DNA from: an uncultured bacterium
GTDB taxonomy: Bacteria; Acidobacteriota; Thermoanaerobaculia; Multivoradales; JAHZIX01
NCBI GenBank assembly: GCA_965368975.1
Contig: CBDUPA010000014.1
Span: forward strand, 64,001-128,000
Direction: 5' to 3'
Length of the DNA stretch: 64,000 bases
The notes under the pieces were generated by a model. That model was not told where the DNA came from and did no database searches. It was given only the letters and a program-made list of their open reading frames with translations. Positions 1-9,868 of this stretch are shown here, piece after piece (position 1 is the stretch's first letter; each line of letters opens with the position of its first letter). Made by a program: the position numbers and the translations under genes.

Positions 1-1
1 C

Positions 2-1099
2 GACCGGTTCGAAGGCATCGAGGGCGTCGGGCACACCGGCGACTGCCATATCGAGCGACGCCATCTGCGTCGACTGCGGCGGTGCTGTGTCGAGGGCTTC
101 TTCGTCACTCTCCGGACGACCGTGCCAGGCCTCCGGTGGTGCTTGCGGAATCTCGGTCTCGATCGCGGAGTCGTCCTGCGCGAGCACGCCCTGGATCAGT
201 GGATGCTCGGAAGACGGCTCGGGTGGTGACGGCTCGGTGACCTCGGGCCGCGGGGTCGACAGTTCGACGCCAGCGTCTTCGGTGCCCGGCACGTCCACGG
301 AGAGCGCTTCCGAAGGCAACTCGTCGAGTTGCACGTCGGGGAGATCGTCCAATTCGAAACCCGCCAGCTGGCCAGCCTCCTGCGCGTTGCCAGCAGCTAC
401 CGGAACCGGTACGTCCAGCTCGATGGCCGCCGCTTCGAGCTCGTCCGGCCCGACATCCTCGGAGGGCAGGGACAGCAGCTCCAGGTCGTCGAGTTCGGCG
501 TCGACATCGGGAAGATCGGCGTCGGCAAGATCGGCGTCCGGGAGATCCCCCCCGAGCAGGCCATCGTCCAGCTGCAGCTCCCCCGACGAGGTCGATGGCT
601 CGAGCGGCTCCAGTTCTTTGGTTTCTTCGCGCAGCCGCCGCTTTCCAGCCGCCTGCAGTAGTTCCTGCAGGTCGGGCAGCTCCTGTGACTCGACCTGCTG
701 TGGCCCTTCGAGCCGGAACAGCTCGCCACCGTCGGCCATGCGCCGCTCGACGATGGCATAGGTCAGGTCGCGGCTCTGCTCGCTGATGTCACGAAAACGG
801 ATGCCGACGCCGGCCGGTCGGTCCGGCCCTTCGGCGCGCTCGCGCGTCCACACCACTTCGCCGGTGCCTTGGATGAGCGGAAAGTCTTGCCCCAGCTTGA
901 GATCGAGCGCCAACGTGGTGCCCGGCGGATAGGGCTTCTCGAGACGGATGAACATGCCACTCATCGAGATCCGTGCCGAGTATTCACGGATAAACTCTTT
1001 GAAATTTTCAAATACGATCGAGACCGGCTGGCCCGTCGGGCTAGCTGCGGCCCGCGTCGGAGTGCGCGCGGCCTTGGGTGTAGATCTACTCTCAGTCAT
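2..1099 (-). CDS. PilZ-domain protein (Myxococcus TIGR02266-like) with long acidic C-terminal region; runs off the left edge
   Basis: Not in the ORF track. Read manually from ATG 1099: MTESRSTPK...FENFKEFIREYSARISMSGMFIRLEKPYPPGTTLALDLKL...GEVVWTR...PAGVGIRF, a typical PilZ pattern. Confidence 0.8.
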   Translation of the reverse strand, partial: MTESRSTPKAARTPTRAAASPTGQPVSIVFENFKEFIREYSARISMSGMFIRLEKPYPPGTTLALDLKLGQDFPLIQGTGEVVWTRERAEGPDRPAGVGIRFRDISEQSRDLTYAIVERRMADGGELFRLEGPQQVESQELPDLQELLQAAGKRRLREETKELEPLEPSTSSGELQLDDGLLGGDLPDADLADADLPDVDAELDDLELLSLPSEDVGPDELEAAAIELDVPVPVAAGNAQEAGQLAGFELDDLPDVQLDELPSEALSVDVPGTEDAGVELSTPRPEVTEPSPPEPSSEHPLIQGVLAQDDSAIETEIPQAPPEAWHGRPESDEEALDTAPPQSTQMASLDMAVAGVPDALDAFEPV

Positions 1100-1262
1100 T
1101 GGAGGTATCGCCTTCGGGCGGCAAGACTGCGCCCATTATACCCATGTCCTCCGCCTGCGGCGGTCTTTGACGCTCTGCACACAGCATTCTGTCTGGACTC
1201 TAGTCCCAAAAGAACGATGGGGCGAGCCCAGACGACCACCTCCGTCGCGCGGCGCACCTGAC

Positions 1263-2714
1263 TCACTCGTATTGGATGAAGCCGGGGGCCAAGATGCCCG
1301 CCGGATCGTACTTCTTCTTGGCGGCGAGCACACGCGGCCACTGGTCGCCGAAGTGGGCGGCCCATTGTTCGACGGTGTTGAAGGTGATATACCCCGAGAG
1401 GTAGCGCTTGCCGTCGTAGCCGAAGCTCAGCTCACTGGCCATGTCCAGCTGCGCCAGCGCCTGGTCAATGAACTTCGGCGGCACCGCCGGTAGGATGCCC
1501 CAGCCCATCACGTAGTCGCCGCCCGGGTGCATGAACAGAGGCGCGTCCGAGACGTCACCGCGGCACGGCCAGAGCAGGATATGGCCACCCGGGCCGAGGG
1601 TCTGCGGTGGTAGGTTGCCGAGCACGAAGTCGATGTATTCCTGCGCCTTGTCCCACGGCAGCACGGTCTCCATCCACGGGTGCATCATGTCGCTGTAGCC
1701 GCTGCGGTCCCAGAGCTGGAAGATCGGCACCAGGCGGTCACAGAACTCGAGGTGTGAAAACTCGACGGTCTCGAGGTGCTTGTAGGGGTTGAGCTGACCG
1801 AGCAGCGCCGCGTCGTCCGGCTCTTCCCCCGGCTCGTACTCGACGGTCAGGTGTAGCGGGTACATCCAGTAGGCGAAGACCTGCATGCCCTCGCCCAGGT
1901 CCAGTCCCTCTCCGATGCGCTTGGTGCCCTGCGGACACGGCGAGCACCAGGATTCCAGGGTATCGAACGGACCGCCCTCGCGCTGTGCCATGACCTTCTT
2001 GGAATCTTCCATCAGGGCACCCAGGTCATCGTAGAGCAGGTAGTACTTACGCACGCGGCTCTTGGCCTTGCGCAGACGAATGTTGGCCTTGGTCATGACG
2101 CCGAACTGGCCAAAGCCCGAGCGCACGACGTCGAACAACTCGCGATTGTGCTCGCGCGAGCAGGTCATCACTTCGCCAGTGCCGGTAACGACCTCGATCT
2201 CGAGCGCATTGTCGACCTGCGCGCCATAGCGGAAGCTGGCGACGCCGAGACCGGCGATCGACAGCGTGCCGCAGATGGTGACGCCCAGGTTGTTGGTCAG
2301 CGTCGGCGGCACCAACCCCATCGGCACCACCGTCTTGACCAGGTCACGCCACACGACACCGGCGTCGCAGGTGACGCTCAGACCCTCTTCGTCGATCTCG
2401 TGGATGCGCTGCATCGAAGAGGTGTCGAGCAGCACGCCGTCCTGATTGCAGCTCTGACCGCTCTGGCTGTGGGCTTGACCGCGCGGCGTGATCGAGATCC
2501 CGTGCTCGTAGCAGTAGCGCACCACCTGCGCCACTTCGTCGGTGTTCTGACACAGGGCGACGGCACCCGGCAGCTTCTCGATGAAACCGCCGTAATCGGT
2601 GCGGTACTTGGTGCGGACGTCTTCATCCAGGAGGATGCGATCCCCCAGCTGGTCTTTCAACCCTTGCAGGGCGCTCGTATTGGCACTGGCACTGGCACTG
2701 GCGGCGGCGGTCAT
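1263..2714 (-). CDS. FAD-linked oxidoreductase, cytokinin dehydrogenase-like (VAO/PCMH family)
   Basis: RGQAHS flavinylation motif, GTLS.AG, HPW motif and C-terminal KKKYDPAGILAPG; GAGGAG RBS favours ATG 2714 over 2720. Confidence 0.85.
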   Translation of the reverse strand: MTAAASASASANTSALQGLKDQLGDRILLDEDVRTKYRTDYGGFIEKLPGAVALCQNTDEVAQVVRYCYEHGISITPRGQAHSQSGQSCNQDGVLLDTSSMQRIHEIDEEGLSVTCDAGVVWRDLVKTVVPMGLVPPTLTNNLGVTICGTLSIAGLGVASFRYGAQVDNALEIEVVTGTGEVMTCSREHNRELFDVVRSGFGQFGVMTKANIRLRKAKSRVRKYYLLYDDLGALMEDSKKVMAQREGGPFDTLESWCSPCPQGTKRIGEGLDLGEGMQVFAYWMYPLHLTVEYEPGEEPDDAALLGQLNPYKHLETVEFSHLEFCDRLVPIFQLWDRSGYSDMMHPWMETVLPWDKAQEYIDFVLGNLPPQTLGPGGHILLWPCRGDVSDAPLFMHPGGDYVMGWGILPAVPPKFIDQALAQLDMASELSFGYDGKRYLSGYITFNTVEQWAAHFGDQWPRVLAAKKKYDPAGILAPGFIQYE

Positions 2715-2893
2715 GGACATCTCCTCTGAGGATAGGCGCGCTCAGGCGACTGCGCGACCACGGGCGGGCCGGCAGCGCGAGCTGGACGATGAACTGTGGC
2801 GGGTGCGAGTCTGCGCCGGGATCTCGACGGCCTCGCACCCGAGAATCCTTCGGCAGTCGCGGGCCAGCGGATGTGGCGCCACGGACGGAGGCG

Positions 2894-3232
2894 TCACCGC
2901 TCAGCGACCAGCGCTTCGTCCAGGGACTCGTAGATGGTGAACAGCGGTAGCAGCTGCGCGACGGTCAGCAGCTTGCGGATACGCTCGTTGGGGTTGATCA
3001 GGATCAGCTTGCGCCGCGTATCCTTGAAGCGTCCCAGGTAGCCCACTAGCTCACCGATACCGGTGCTATCCATATAATTGATGGCCGAGAAGTCGACCAG
3101 CACATCGCCTTCGTCCTTGTCCAGGGCGCGCTGCAGAGCCTCGGCGAAGAACTGGGCGCTCTCGCCGAGCTTGACCACTCCCTCTACACGCAAAATGGTA
3201 AAGCCGTCTTGGTGACGCTTGTCGACAATCAT
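2894..3232 (-). CDS. STAS-domain anti-sigma factor antagonist
   Basis: VDFSAINYMDSTGIGELV contains the DS(S/T)G phospho-Ser motif; 112 aa from ATG 3232. Confidence 0.9.
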   Translation of the reverse strand: MIVDKRHQDGFTILRVEGVVKLGESAQFFAEALQRALDKDEGDVLVDFSAINYMDSTGIGELVGYLGRFKDTRRKLILINPNERIRKLLTVAQLLPLFTIYESLDEALVAER

Positions 3233-3471
3233 GGATTCCGGTGTCTCGCGGGATGTCGCCGAGCGCAGAAACACGCTACGACGGGTTGCACCGCAGTTTA
3301 GCAGTGGCTGGGAGGAGGGGTCAACGCGCGCGCGACGACGCGCATCGGCTGTGTAGTTCCTGAAATCAGCCAGCTGCCCAGGTACCGCACTGCAGCGGCA
3401 TGGCACCGCAGCAGTAGCCCCCATCCGCACGCAAAGCCTTCAGCGGTTCGCTGGATTCAGCGGCTTCTCCG

Positions 3472-4938
3472 TCACCCCGCCGCGCGGGCCGCCTCCCGGG
3501 CCGCCTTGTCTTCGCGACGGCGCAGGAAACCATGGAACAGCTTCAGGCACCAGCTCCACGGCACCAGCAGCAGATCGAAGCCGAAGCGCCGGGCTAGGCG
3601 CTGCTGGTAGCTGTAGCGGTCGCGGGCTTCGCTATAGGGGATGCTGGTGTGGGCCATCATCGTGTACATTGGCTTCCAGAAACCGGGAAACAGGCTGCTG
3701 AGCAGGCTCTCGCCCTTCTTGCGCGCAATCAGACGCGGGTTGCGGATGGTGTCTCGCAGCTCGACGAAGTTCTGCTCCGACAGCTCTGCCAGGGCGTCGG
3801 TGTTGGGACGACGCTGCTCCTGGTACTCGAGGAAGGCGGCGGCGACGTCGTCGGAGTTCCTCGACAAGCATTCGGACAGCGCTCGGCAGTCTTCAAAACC
3901 GCTGATCATTCCCTGGCCGTAGAACGGCACCACGGCGTGCGCGGCATCGCCGATCAGAACAACCTTGTCGTCCTGGAACCACGGGCAGGTGCGGGCGGTG
4001 AGAAAGGCGGAAACCGGGTTGTTGCAGAACTGGCGCGCGACATCCGGCGCCATCGCCACCAGGTCGGGAAAGCGCTCGGCGAAGAAGCGTTCGGTACGCG
4101 CAGGATCGGCACGCAGTGACTCGAAGCTGGGCTCCGGTCCCTCGGAGGGCATGCTGCAGATGCAGTTGAACGTGCCCTTGACGTTGGGCAGCGCCATGAC
4201 CATGCAGTCGCCATGCGGCCAGACGTGCAAGGCGTGCGGCTCCATGCGGTACTTGCCATCGTCGCCGACCGGGATCTCCAGTTCGCAGTAGTCCCAATCC
4301 AGGTACTTCTGGCTGTAGTCGGCACGCCTGCGGCGCTGGATTGAGCGCCGAACCTTGGAGAACGCCCCATCGGCCCCGATCAGGAAGTCCGCCTCGACCG
4401 GCTCTGGCTCACCTGCTTCGGCGCCACTCGTGTCCATGGGCTGAAAATAGGCGGTACCCGTGGCGCGGCGGAAACTGTGGAAGGAGCGTAGGAACGTCAG
4501 CTCGACGTTGGGGTACGAATCCGCCACTTCGAGTAGAACCCGGTTGAGGTCGTTGCGCGCCACGGCATGGATCACCTGTTCGGGCGAATCACCATACGGG
4601 TGGAAGCGCAGACCACCGTTGCGGCCATGCACGACACGGCCGCGCACGGGCACGAGCAGCGGATCCACCGCCTCGCGCGCCCCGACCGCGTCGACCACAC
4701 CCAGGCCACGCAGCGACAACGTCAAGTTCAGCGACTTGGCGGGTCCGCGAAACCCTTTGCGCAGGTCACCGCGCTTTTCGAACAAGCGCACGTTGTGTCC
4801 AGCGCGCGCCAAGTGGATCGCCGCCATGCAGCCCGTAGGGCCACCACCAGCGATGAGGACGTCGAGCACCTTGGCTCCCCGTCCAGAGTTCTGCTTACCC
4901 GCCATATCCAGGGCTTCAAGCCCTTTAGAAGAATCCAT
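3472..4938 (-). CDS. kmo: Kynurenine 3-monooxygenase-like FAD-dependent monooxygenase
   Basis: GGGPTG FAD motif, SLNLTLSLRG, HALHVWP, GADGAFS, GDAAHAVVPFYGQGM..GFEDC; GGAGGGG RBS before ATG 4938. Confidence 0.75.
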   Translation of the reverse strand: MDSSKGLEALDMAGKQNSGRGAKVLDVLIAGGGPTGCMAAIHLARAGHNVRLFEKRGDLRKGFRGPAKSLNLTLSLRGLGVVDAVGAREAVDPLLVPVRGRVVHGRNGGLRFHPYGDSPEQVIHAVARNDLNRVLLEVADSYPNVELTFLRSFHSFRRATGTAYFQPMDTSGAEAGEPEPVEADFLIGADGAFSKVRRSIQRRRRADYSQKYLDWDYCELEIPVGDDGKYRMEPHALHVWPHGDCMVMALPNVKGTFNCICSMPSEGPEPSFESLRADPARTERFFAERFPDLVAMAPDVARQFCNNPVSAFLTARTCPWFQDDKVVLIGDAAHAVVPFYGQGMISGFEDCRALSECLSRNSDDVAAAFLEYQEQRRPNTDALAELSEQNFVELRDTIRNPRLIARKKGESLLSSLFPGFWKPMYTMMAHTSIPYSEARDRYSYQQRLARRFGFDLLLVPWSWCLKLFHGFLRRREDKAAREAARAAG

Positions 4939-5191
4939 GGTACTCCCCTCCATGGTCGAAAAGACGTGAACACATCACATCTCTGCTCCTAGTTCAGTGC
5001 CATCGCGGCACGGAGAAAATCACAACACAACAGCACGGTCATGCTACGCGACCCGAGGATCGGAAACAACCCCGCCGCCGGCTTCGGGAAAGCCAGGACA
5101 AGCTTGATACACTCCGCCGCGTCGAATGTTTCGCAACGGCCTCCATCCTGGCCGGTTCCTGCCTTGCAGACCTTGACGTCCGGAGACCCTC

Positions 5192-6853
5192 ATGGCTCAG
5201 CTCAACAACCCGAATCTCGACTGCGTCGTTATCGGCTACAACGATCCTCCGTTCGAGGCCTACGAGGGTCTGCTGCGGCGCTACGGGGAAGACTCCGAGG
5301 CCTACCGCGACCTCAAGCTCAGCTTCGTCAACGTCGACGGAGCGAAGCTGACCTACGTCGAGCTGCTCAATTACGTCCTGGCGCGCGCCGGGCACGGCAA
5401 CTCGCTCGCGTCCGGAGAGATCCCCAACCTGGCCGCCGCGTACCTGACCAACTTCCTGCGCCGTCAGGGCTACCGTGCCGACTACGTGAACCTGTTCCAA
5501 CAAGAAAAAGAGCGCCTGGGCCAGCTCCTCGACGAGGGCGTACGGACGGTGGCGATCACGACGACCTTCTACGTCATCAACTATCCGGTGCACGAGATGG
5601 TCGAGTTCATCCGGGAACACGCGCCGGAGACCCAGATCGTGCTCGGCGGACCACTGATCGCCAACCACTTCCGCAACTACAGCGGCGCCGATTTGGAAGC
5701 CACGCTCGATGATCTCGGAGCGGACGTCTACGTGCACGAAGGACAGGGCGAGGCAACGCTGGCACAGATCCTGGCGGCCCTCGACAATGGCGGCGACCTG
5801 AGCAAGGTGTCGAACATCGCCTTCAAGCGCGGTGGCGCCAGCGGCAACGGATCCAGCGCGGCCGGCAAGTACGAGCTGACGGCGAAGGTGCCGGAGAACA
5901 ACGACATGAACGCCGTCGAGATCGATTGGCTCGGTCTCTCCGGCGGCCACCTCGGCGCCACGCTGCAAACACGCACGGCGCGCAGCTGCGCGTTCAACTG
6001 CGCCTTCTGCAACTACCCGACACGCGCCGGCAAGCTGACGCTGGCGTCCGTCGACACGATCGAGCGCGAGCTCGACTCGATGGCGGCGCGCGGTGGCGTC
6101 GAGAACGTGGTCTTCATCGACGACACCTTCAACGTACCGCTGCCGCGGTTCAAGGACATCTGCCGCCTGATGATCCGCAAGAACTACGGTTTCAACTGGT
6201 TCTCCTACTTCCGGTGCTCCAACAGCGATGACGAAGCCTTCGAACTGATGGCTCAAGCGGGCTGCAAGGGTGTCTTCCTGGGTATCGAGTCCGGCTCCCC
6301 CACCGTGCTCACCCACATGAACAAGCACGCGACGATCGAGAAGTACCGCCGCGGCATCCAGCAACTGCACAAGAACGGCGTACTCACCTTCGGCTCCTTC
6401 ATCCTCGGCTTCCCCGGCGAGACCCAGGAGACCGTGCAGGAAACCATCGACTTCCTGCACGAGACCAAGCCAAGCTACTTCCGCTCCCAGATGTGGTACA
6501 ACGAAGCCGGCACCCCGATCCATCAGAAAGCAGACGAGTACGGCATCGACGGCGATGGTTTCGTGTGGGAACACAACACCATGGACAGCCTCGAAGCGAT
6601 GGAGCACATCGAGCGCTTGGTGCTGACCATGGAAGACAGTGAGTGGCTACCGCAGTGGTCCTTCGACTTCTGGATCATTCCGTACTTGATGGGCAAGGGC
6701 ATCACGCTGGAGCAGTTCCGCCGCTTCATGCACACCGCGAATCGCATGCTGCGCCTGGAGATCGCCAGCGTCGATCCGGTCGAGAAGGCGCGCCTCCAGG
6801 GTGACTACCTGAGCACGCTGGTAGACGAAGCCAAGACCTGGACACTGCGCTGA
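5192..6853 (+). CDS. Cobalamin-dependent radical SAM methyltransferase, PhpK-family-like
   Basis: CAFNCAFC (CxxxCxxC), N-terminal B12-binding region (YLTNFLRRQG, IVLGGP), FIDDTFN, VFLGIESG; DCVVIGYND...AYRDL N-terminus resembles PhpK-type proteins. Confidence 0.8.
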   Translation: MAQLNNPNLDCVVIGYNDPPFEAYEGLLRRYGEDSEAYRDLKLSFVNVDGAKLTYVELLNYVLARAGHGNSLASGEIPNLAAAYLTNFLRRQGYRADYVNLFQQEKERLGQLLDEGVRTVAITTTFYVINYPVHEMVEFIREHAPETQIVLGGPLIANHFRNYSGADLEATLDDLGADVYVHEGQGEATLAQILAALDNGGDLSKVSNIAFKRGGASGNGSSAAGKYELTAKVPENNDMNAVEIDWLGLSGGHLGATLQTRTARSCAFNCAFCNYPTRAGKLTLASVDTIERELDSMAARGGVENVVFIDDTFNVPLPRFKDICRLMIRKNYGFNWFSYFRCSNSDDEAFELMAQAGCKGVFLGIESGSPTVLTHMNKHATIEKYRRGIQQLHKNGVLTFGSFILGFPGETQETVQETIDFLHETKPSYFRSQMWYNEAGTPIHQKADEYGIDGDGFVWEHNTMDSLEAMEHIERLVLTMEDSEWLPQWSFDFWIIPYLMGKGITLEQFRRFMHTANRMLRLEIASVDPVEKARLQGDYLSTLVDEAKTWTLR

Positions 6854-6941
6854 CGGAGCCGGCAGCAGCGCCCGCATCGGTGGACATCGCTCTGCCGGGA
6901 GCCGGTGAATCCAAGCCCCAGTCGGGCTCGAAACTCCAACT

Positions 6942-8558
6942 GTGAGCGATCGCAAACCGACCCTCTTTCTCACCGGCGCTTCCGGCTATGTCGGCGGACG
7001 CCTGGCACCTCGCCTGCTGGAGCGCGGCTACCACCTGCGATGCCTGGCTCGCTCACCGCGCAAGCTGCACGATCGCCCCTGGTCGGACCACCCAGCGCTG
7101 GAGATCGTCCGTGGAGATGCGGCCCACGAAGAACAGCTGGTCGAATCGATGCGGGGCTGCAGCACCGCCTTTTACCTCATCCATTCGATGCTGGCAGCAG
7201 GCCGTCACTACGCCGAGCGCGATCGCCGGCTGGCGACCCTCTTTGCCCGCGCGGCACAGCGCGCCGGCGTCGAGCGCATTCTCTACCTGGGCGGGCTGGG
7301 TGAGACAGGTGACGATCTCTCGGAGCACCTGAGTTCCCGCCGCGAGGTCGAGCGCGCCCTGGCCTCGTCGGGCGTCCCGGTCACGGTACTGCGCGCGGCC
7401 CTGATCATCGGCGCCGGATCGGCCTCATTCGAGATCCTGCGCTACCTGGTGGAGAGGCTGCCGGTGATGATCACGCCGCGCTGGGTCAAGACGGAGTGCC
7501 AGCCGATCGCCATCGAGAACGTTCTCGAATACCTGGAAGGCTGCCTGGAAGTGCCGGAGACGGCTGGCAAGACCTTCGATATCGGTGGCAGTGACATTCT
7601 GACCTACTTGCAGATGATGCACATCATGGCCGAGCAGCTCGGTCTTCGCCGGCGCGTCATCTGGCCAGTACCGGTGCTGACACCGGGCCTGAGTTCACGC
7701 TGGATCCACTTCGTGACACCGCTTTCCAAGGAGATCGCCCGGCCGCTCGCCGAAGGCCTGCGCAATCGTGTCGTGTGCCGGAACTCGGAAATTCGACAGC
7801 TCGTCCCGCTCGACCTCCTGGGGGTGCGGGACGCCATTGGCCGTGCACTCGGAGATACCGCCAATCATGCCGTCGAGACTTCGTGGAGCGACGCGGGACC
7901 GGTGCCAGGTGATCCGGACTGGGCCGGCGGCACCACCTTCGTCGATCGCCGCGAGCTGCAGATCCAGGCCTCGCCGGAGCGCGTCTTCTGGGCCATCTGC
8001 CGCATCGGCGGCGGCAACGGCTGGTACGCCGCCGACTATCTGTGGCGCCTGCGCGGCTTCCTGGACCAGCTGTTCGGCGGTCCCGGCCTGCGCCGCGGTC
8101 GCCGCGATCCCGAGCTCCTGGGCTACGGCGACGCTCTCGATTTCTGGCGCGTCACGGGCATCGAACAAGATCGGCACCTGGCTCTGCGGGCAGAGATGAA
8201 GCTGCCCGGGCAAGCCCTGCTTTCCTTCGATCTCGAAGCTACCGGTCCTGCTGGCACGCGGCTCATCCAGACCGCCCGCTTCCGGCCACGCGGCCTGCTC
8301 GGCCTACTCTACTGGGCCGCCGTCCTACCCTTCCACGGCTTCGTCTTTCGCGGCATGCTCGGGGGTATTCGCCAAGCCGCGGAAGGTGCCGCCCCACGTG
8401 AATCCGTACGCGTCACACCTGCGCCCCCGCGCAGCCTGGTGCCCCCACTGCCGTGCCCCCCAACAAGTCGGAGCGGCCATCTTGAACCTGCAACTGCCGA
8501 GCGCGATCCAACACAGGCTCGACCGGCTCTACGACCGCTGGATCGAGCAGGGCGGTGA
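6942..8558 (+). CDS. SDR/NAD(P)-binding oxidoreductase with C-terminal DUF2867-like domain (YbjT-like)
   Basis: TGASGYVG Rossmann motif, SEHLSSR.EVE, IGGGNGWY, LDFWRV, AEMKLPG, GLLYW.AVLPFH. Confidence 0.85.
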   Translation: MSDRKPTLFLTGASGYVGGRLAPRLLERGYHLRCLARSPRKLHDRPWSDHPALEIVRGDAAHEEQLVESMRGCSTAFYLIHSMLAAGRHYAERDRRLATLFARAAQRAGVERILYLGGLGETGDDLSEHLSSRREVERALASSGVPVTVLRAALIIGAGSASFEILRYLVERLPVMITPRWVKTECQPIAIENVLEYLEGCLEVPETAGKTFDIGGSDILTYLQMMHIMAEQLGLRRRVIWPVPVLTPGLSSRWIHFVTPLSKEIARPLAEGLRNRVVCRNSEIRQLVPLDLLGVRDAIGRALGDTANHAVETSWSDAGPVPGDPDWAGGTTFVDRRELQIQASPERVFWAICRIGGGNGWYAADYLWRLRGFLDQLFGGPGLRRGRRDPELLGYGDALDFWRVTGIEQDRHLALRAEMKLPGQALLSFDLEATGPAGTRLIQTARFRPRGLLGLLYWAAVLPFHGFVFRGMLGGIRQAAEGAAPRESVRVTPAPPRSLVPPLPCPPTSRSGHLEPATAERDPTQARPALRPLDRAGR

Positions 8559-9813
8559 GCGCCACTGTGGCGAGCTGGATGCACAGGCCTGCCGAGAAGT
8601 GCCGAGCAACTTCTTTCTCTACGCCGCATCGCTGGTGCTGACCAAGTTGGGCGACGCGCTGGCCAGTCCCAAGACCACACTGACCTGGGTCATGAGCGCG
8701 GCGGGAGCCCCTGCCGCCTTGATCGCGCTGCTGGTCCCCATCCGTGAGTCCGGATCGATGCTGCCGCAGGTGGTGCTCGGTGGCTGGGTGCGGCGACTGG
8801 CGCTGCGCAAGTGGGTGTGGGTGGTCGGCAGCCTGCTGCAAGCGCTGGCGATCGCCGGTATCGCCGCCGCCGCGGCCTTCACCTCAGGCGTCACCGCGGG
8901 ACTCTGCATCCTCGCCGCCGTCGCCGCCTTCAGCCTGTCGCGCAGCTTGTCCTCCATCGCGTCCAAAGACGTCAAGGGCAAGACCCTGCCCAAGGGCCGG
9001 CGCGGCCGGGTTGGTGGCCTGGCGGCCAGCGTTTCCGGAGCCCTGACCATGATCGTCGCCCTGGCCCTGCTCGGCTGGCGTCAAGAAGAGGTACCAGCGC
9101 ACGTCTACGGCGCCTTGCTCGCCGGTGCCGCCGGCTTGTGGTTGCTGGCCGCCGGCTTGTTCGCCTGCATCCGAGAGTTTCCGGGCGAAACCGACGACAA
9201 CGCCAGTCTCGCCCAAGCCGTGGATCGCCTGCGCTTGCTGGCGCGCGAGCCCCACTTTCGACGCTTCGTCGTGACGCGTGCCTTCTTCGTCTCGACCGCC
9301 CTGGCTAGCCCGTACTACGTGCTGTTGGCGCGCGAACGCGCGGGCAGCCAACTATCCCTTCTCGGCCTCTTCGTACTCGCTGGGGGCCTCGCCTCCAGCC
9401 TCTCCTCCAACTTCTGGGGTCGCTGGGCCGATCGCTCTGCGCGCCGCGTCCTGCTCGCCGGCGCTGGCCTGGCGAGCCTGCTCGGCGTGCTCACCTTCGC
9501 CATCGCCACCTGGAGGCCGACCTGGCTCGAGAATGCCTGGCTACTCGTCGGCGCCTTCTTCCTGCTCGGTGTCGCCCACAGCGGCGTGCGCCTGGGACGC
9601 AAGACCTACGTCGTCGACATGGCCAAAGGCAATCAGCGCACCGACTACGTCGCCACCGCCAACACCGCCATCGGCGCGCTGCTCCTACTCACCGGCGTCC
9701 TCGGCCCGCTCGTCGGCGTCCTCGGCGCCGCCGGTATGCTGCTGCTGCTCGCCATCTGCGGATTCGTCGGCATGGGCATCGGCTGGCACCTACCCGAGGT
9801 GCAAGACGGCTGA
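8482..9813 (+). CDS. MFS transporter
   Basis: Many hydrophobic helices, LVPIRESGSMLPQ, WGRWADRS, GRKTYVVD. Start uncertain: TTG 8482 follows GGAG, but the ORF is open from 8386. Confidence 0.8.
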   Translation: MNLQLPSAIQHRLDRLYDRWIEQGGERHCGELDAQACREVPSNFFLYAASLVLTKLGDALASPKTTLTWVMSAAGAPAALIALLVPIRESGSMLPQVVLGGWVRRLALRKWVWVVGSLLQALAIAGIAAAAAFTSGVTAGLCILAAVAAFSLSRSLSSIASKDVKGKTLPKGRRGRVGGLAASVSGALTMIVALALLGWRQEEVPAHVYGALLAGAAGLWLLAAGLFACIREFPGETDDNASLAQAVDRLRLLAREPHFRRFVVTRAFFVSTALASPYYVLLARERAGSQLSLLGLFVLAGGLASSLSSNFWGRWADRSARRVLLAGAGLASLLGVLTFAIATWRPTWLENAWLLVGAFFLLGVAHSGVRLGRKTYVVDMAKGNQRTDYVATANTAIGALLLLTGVLGPLVGVLGAAGMLLLLAICGFVGMGIGWHLPEVQDG

Positions 9814-9848
9814 CTCCGATATTCGGCTGGCACCTCCGGCTGGCACCT
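9780..9848 (-). repeat. Cluster of AGGTGCCAGCCG motif copies (putative RAYT-associated repeat)
   Basis: CGGCTGGCACCT occurs at 9780-9791, 9824-9835 and 9837-9848; 9819-9835 is the exact reverse complement of 33859-33875. Confidence 0.75.
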
Positions 9849-9868
9849 CCGGATGCTACGCTCTCGGC

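Noticed and set aside
7001-7910. Isolated GGTGCCAG/CTGGCACC 8-9-mers in coding regions (e.g. near 7003, 7901, 34812, 36290)
   Set aside because: A few such GC-rich 8-mers are expected by chance in 64 kb; only extended or clustered matches were counted.
8386-8558. Large same-strand overlap between the SDR and MFS genes as a recoding signal
   Set aside because: A later TTG start and a non-conserved SDR tail explain it; no slippery site was seen.
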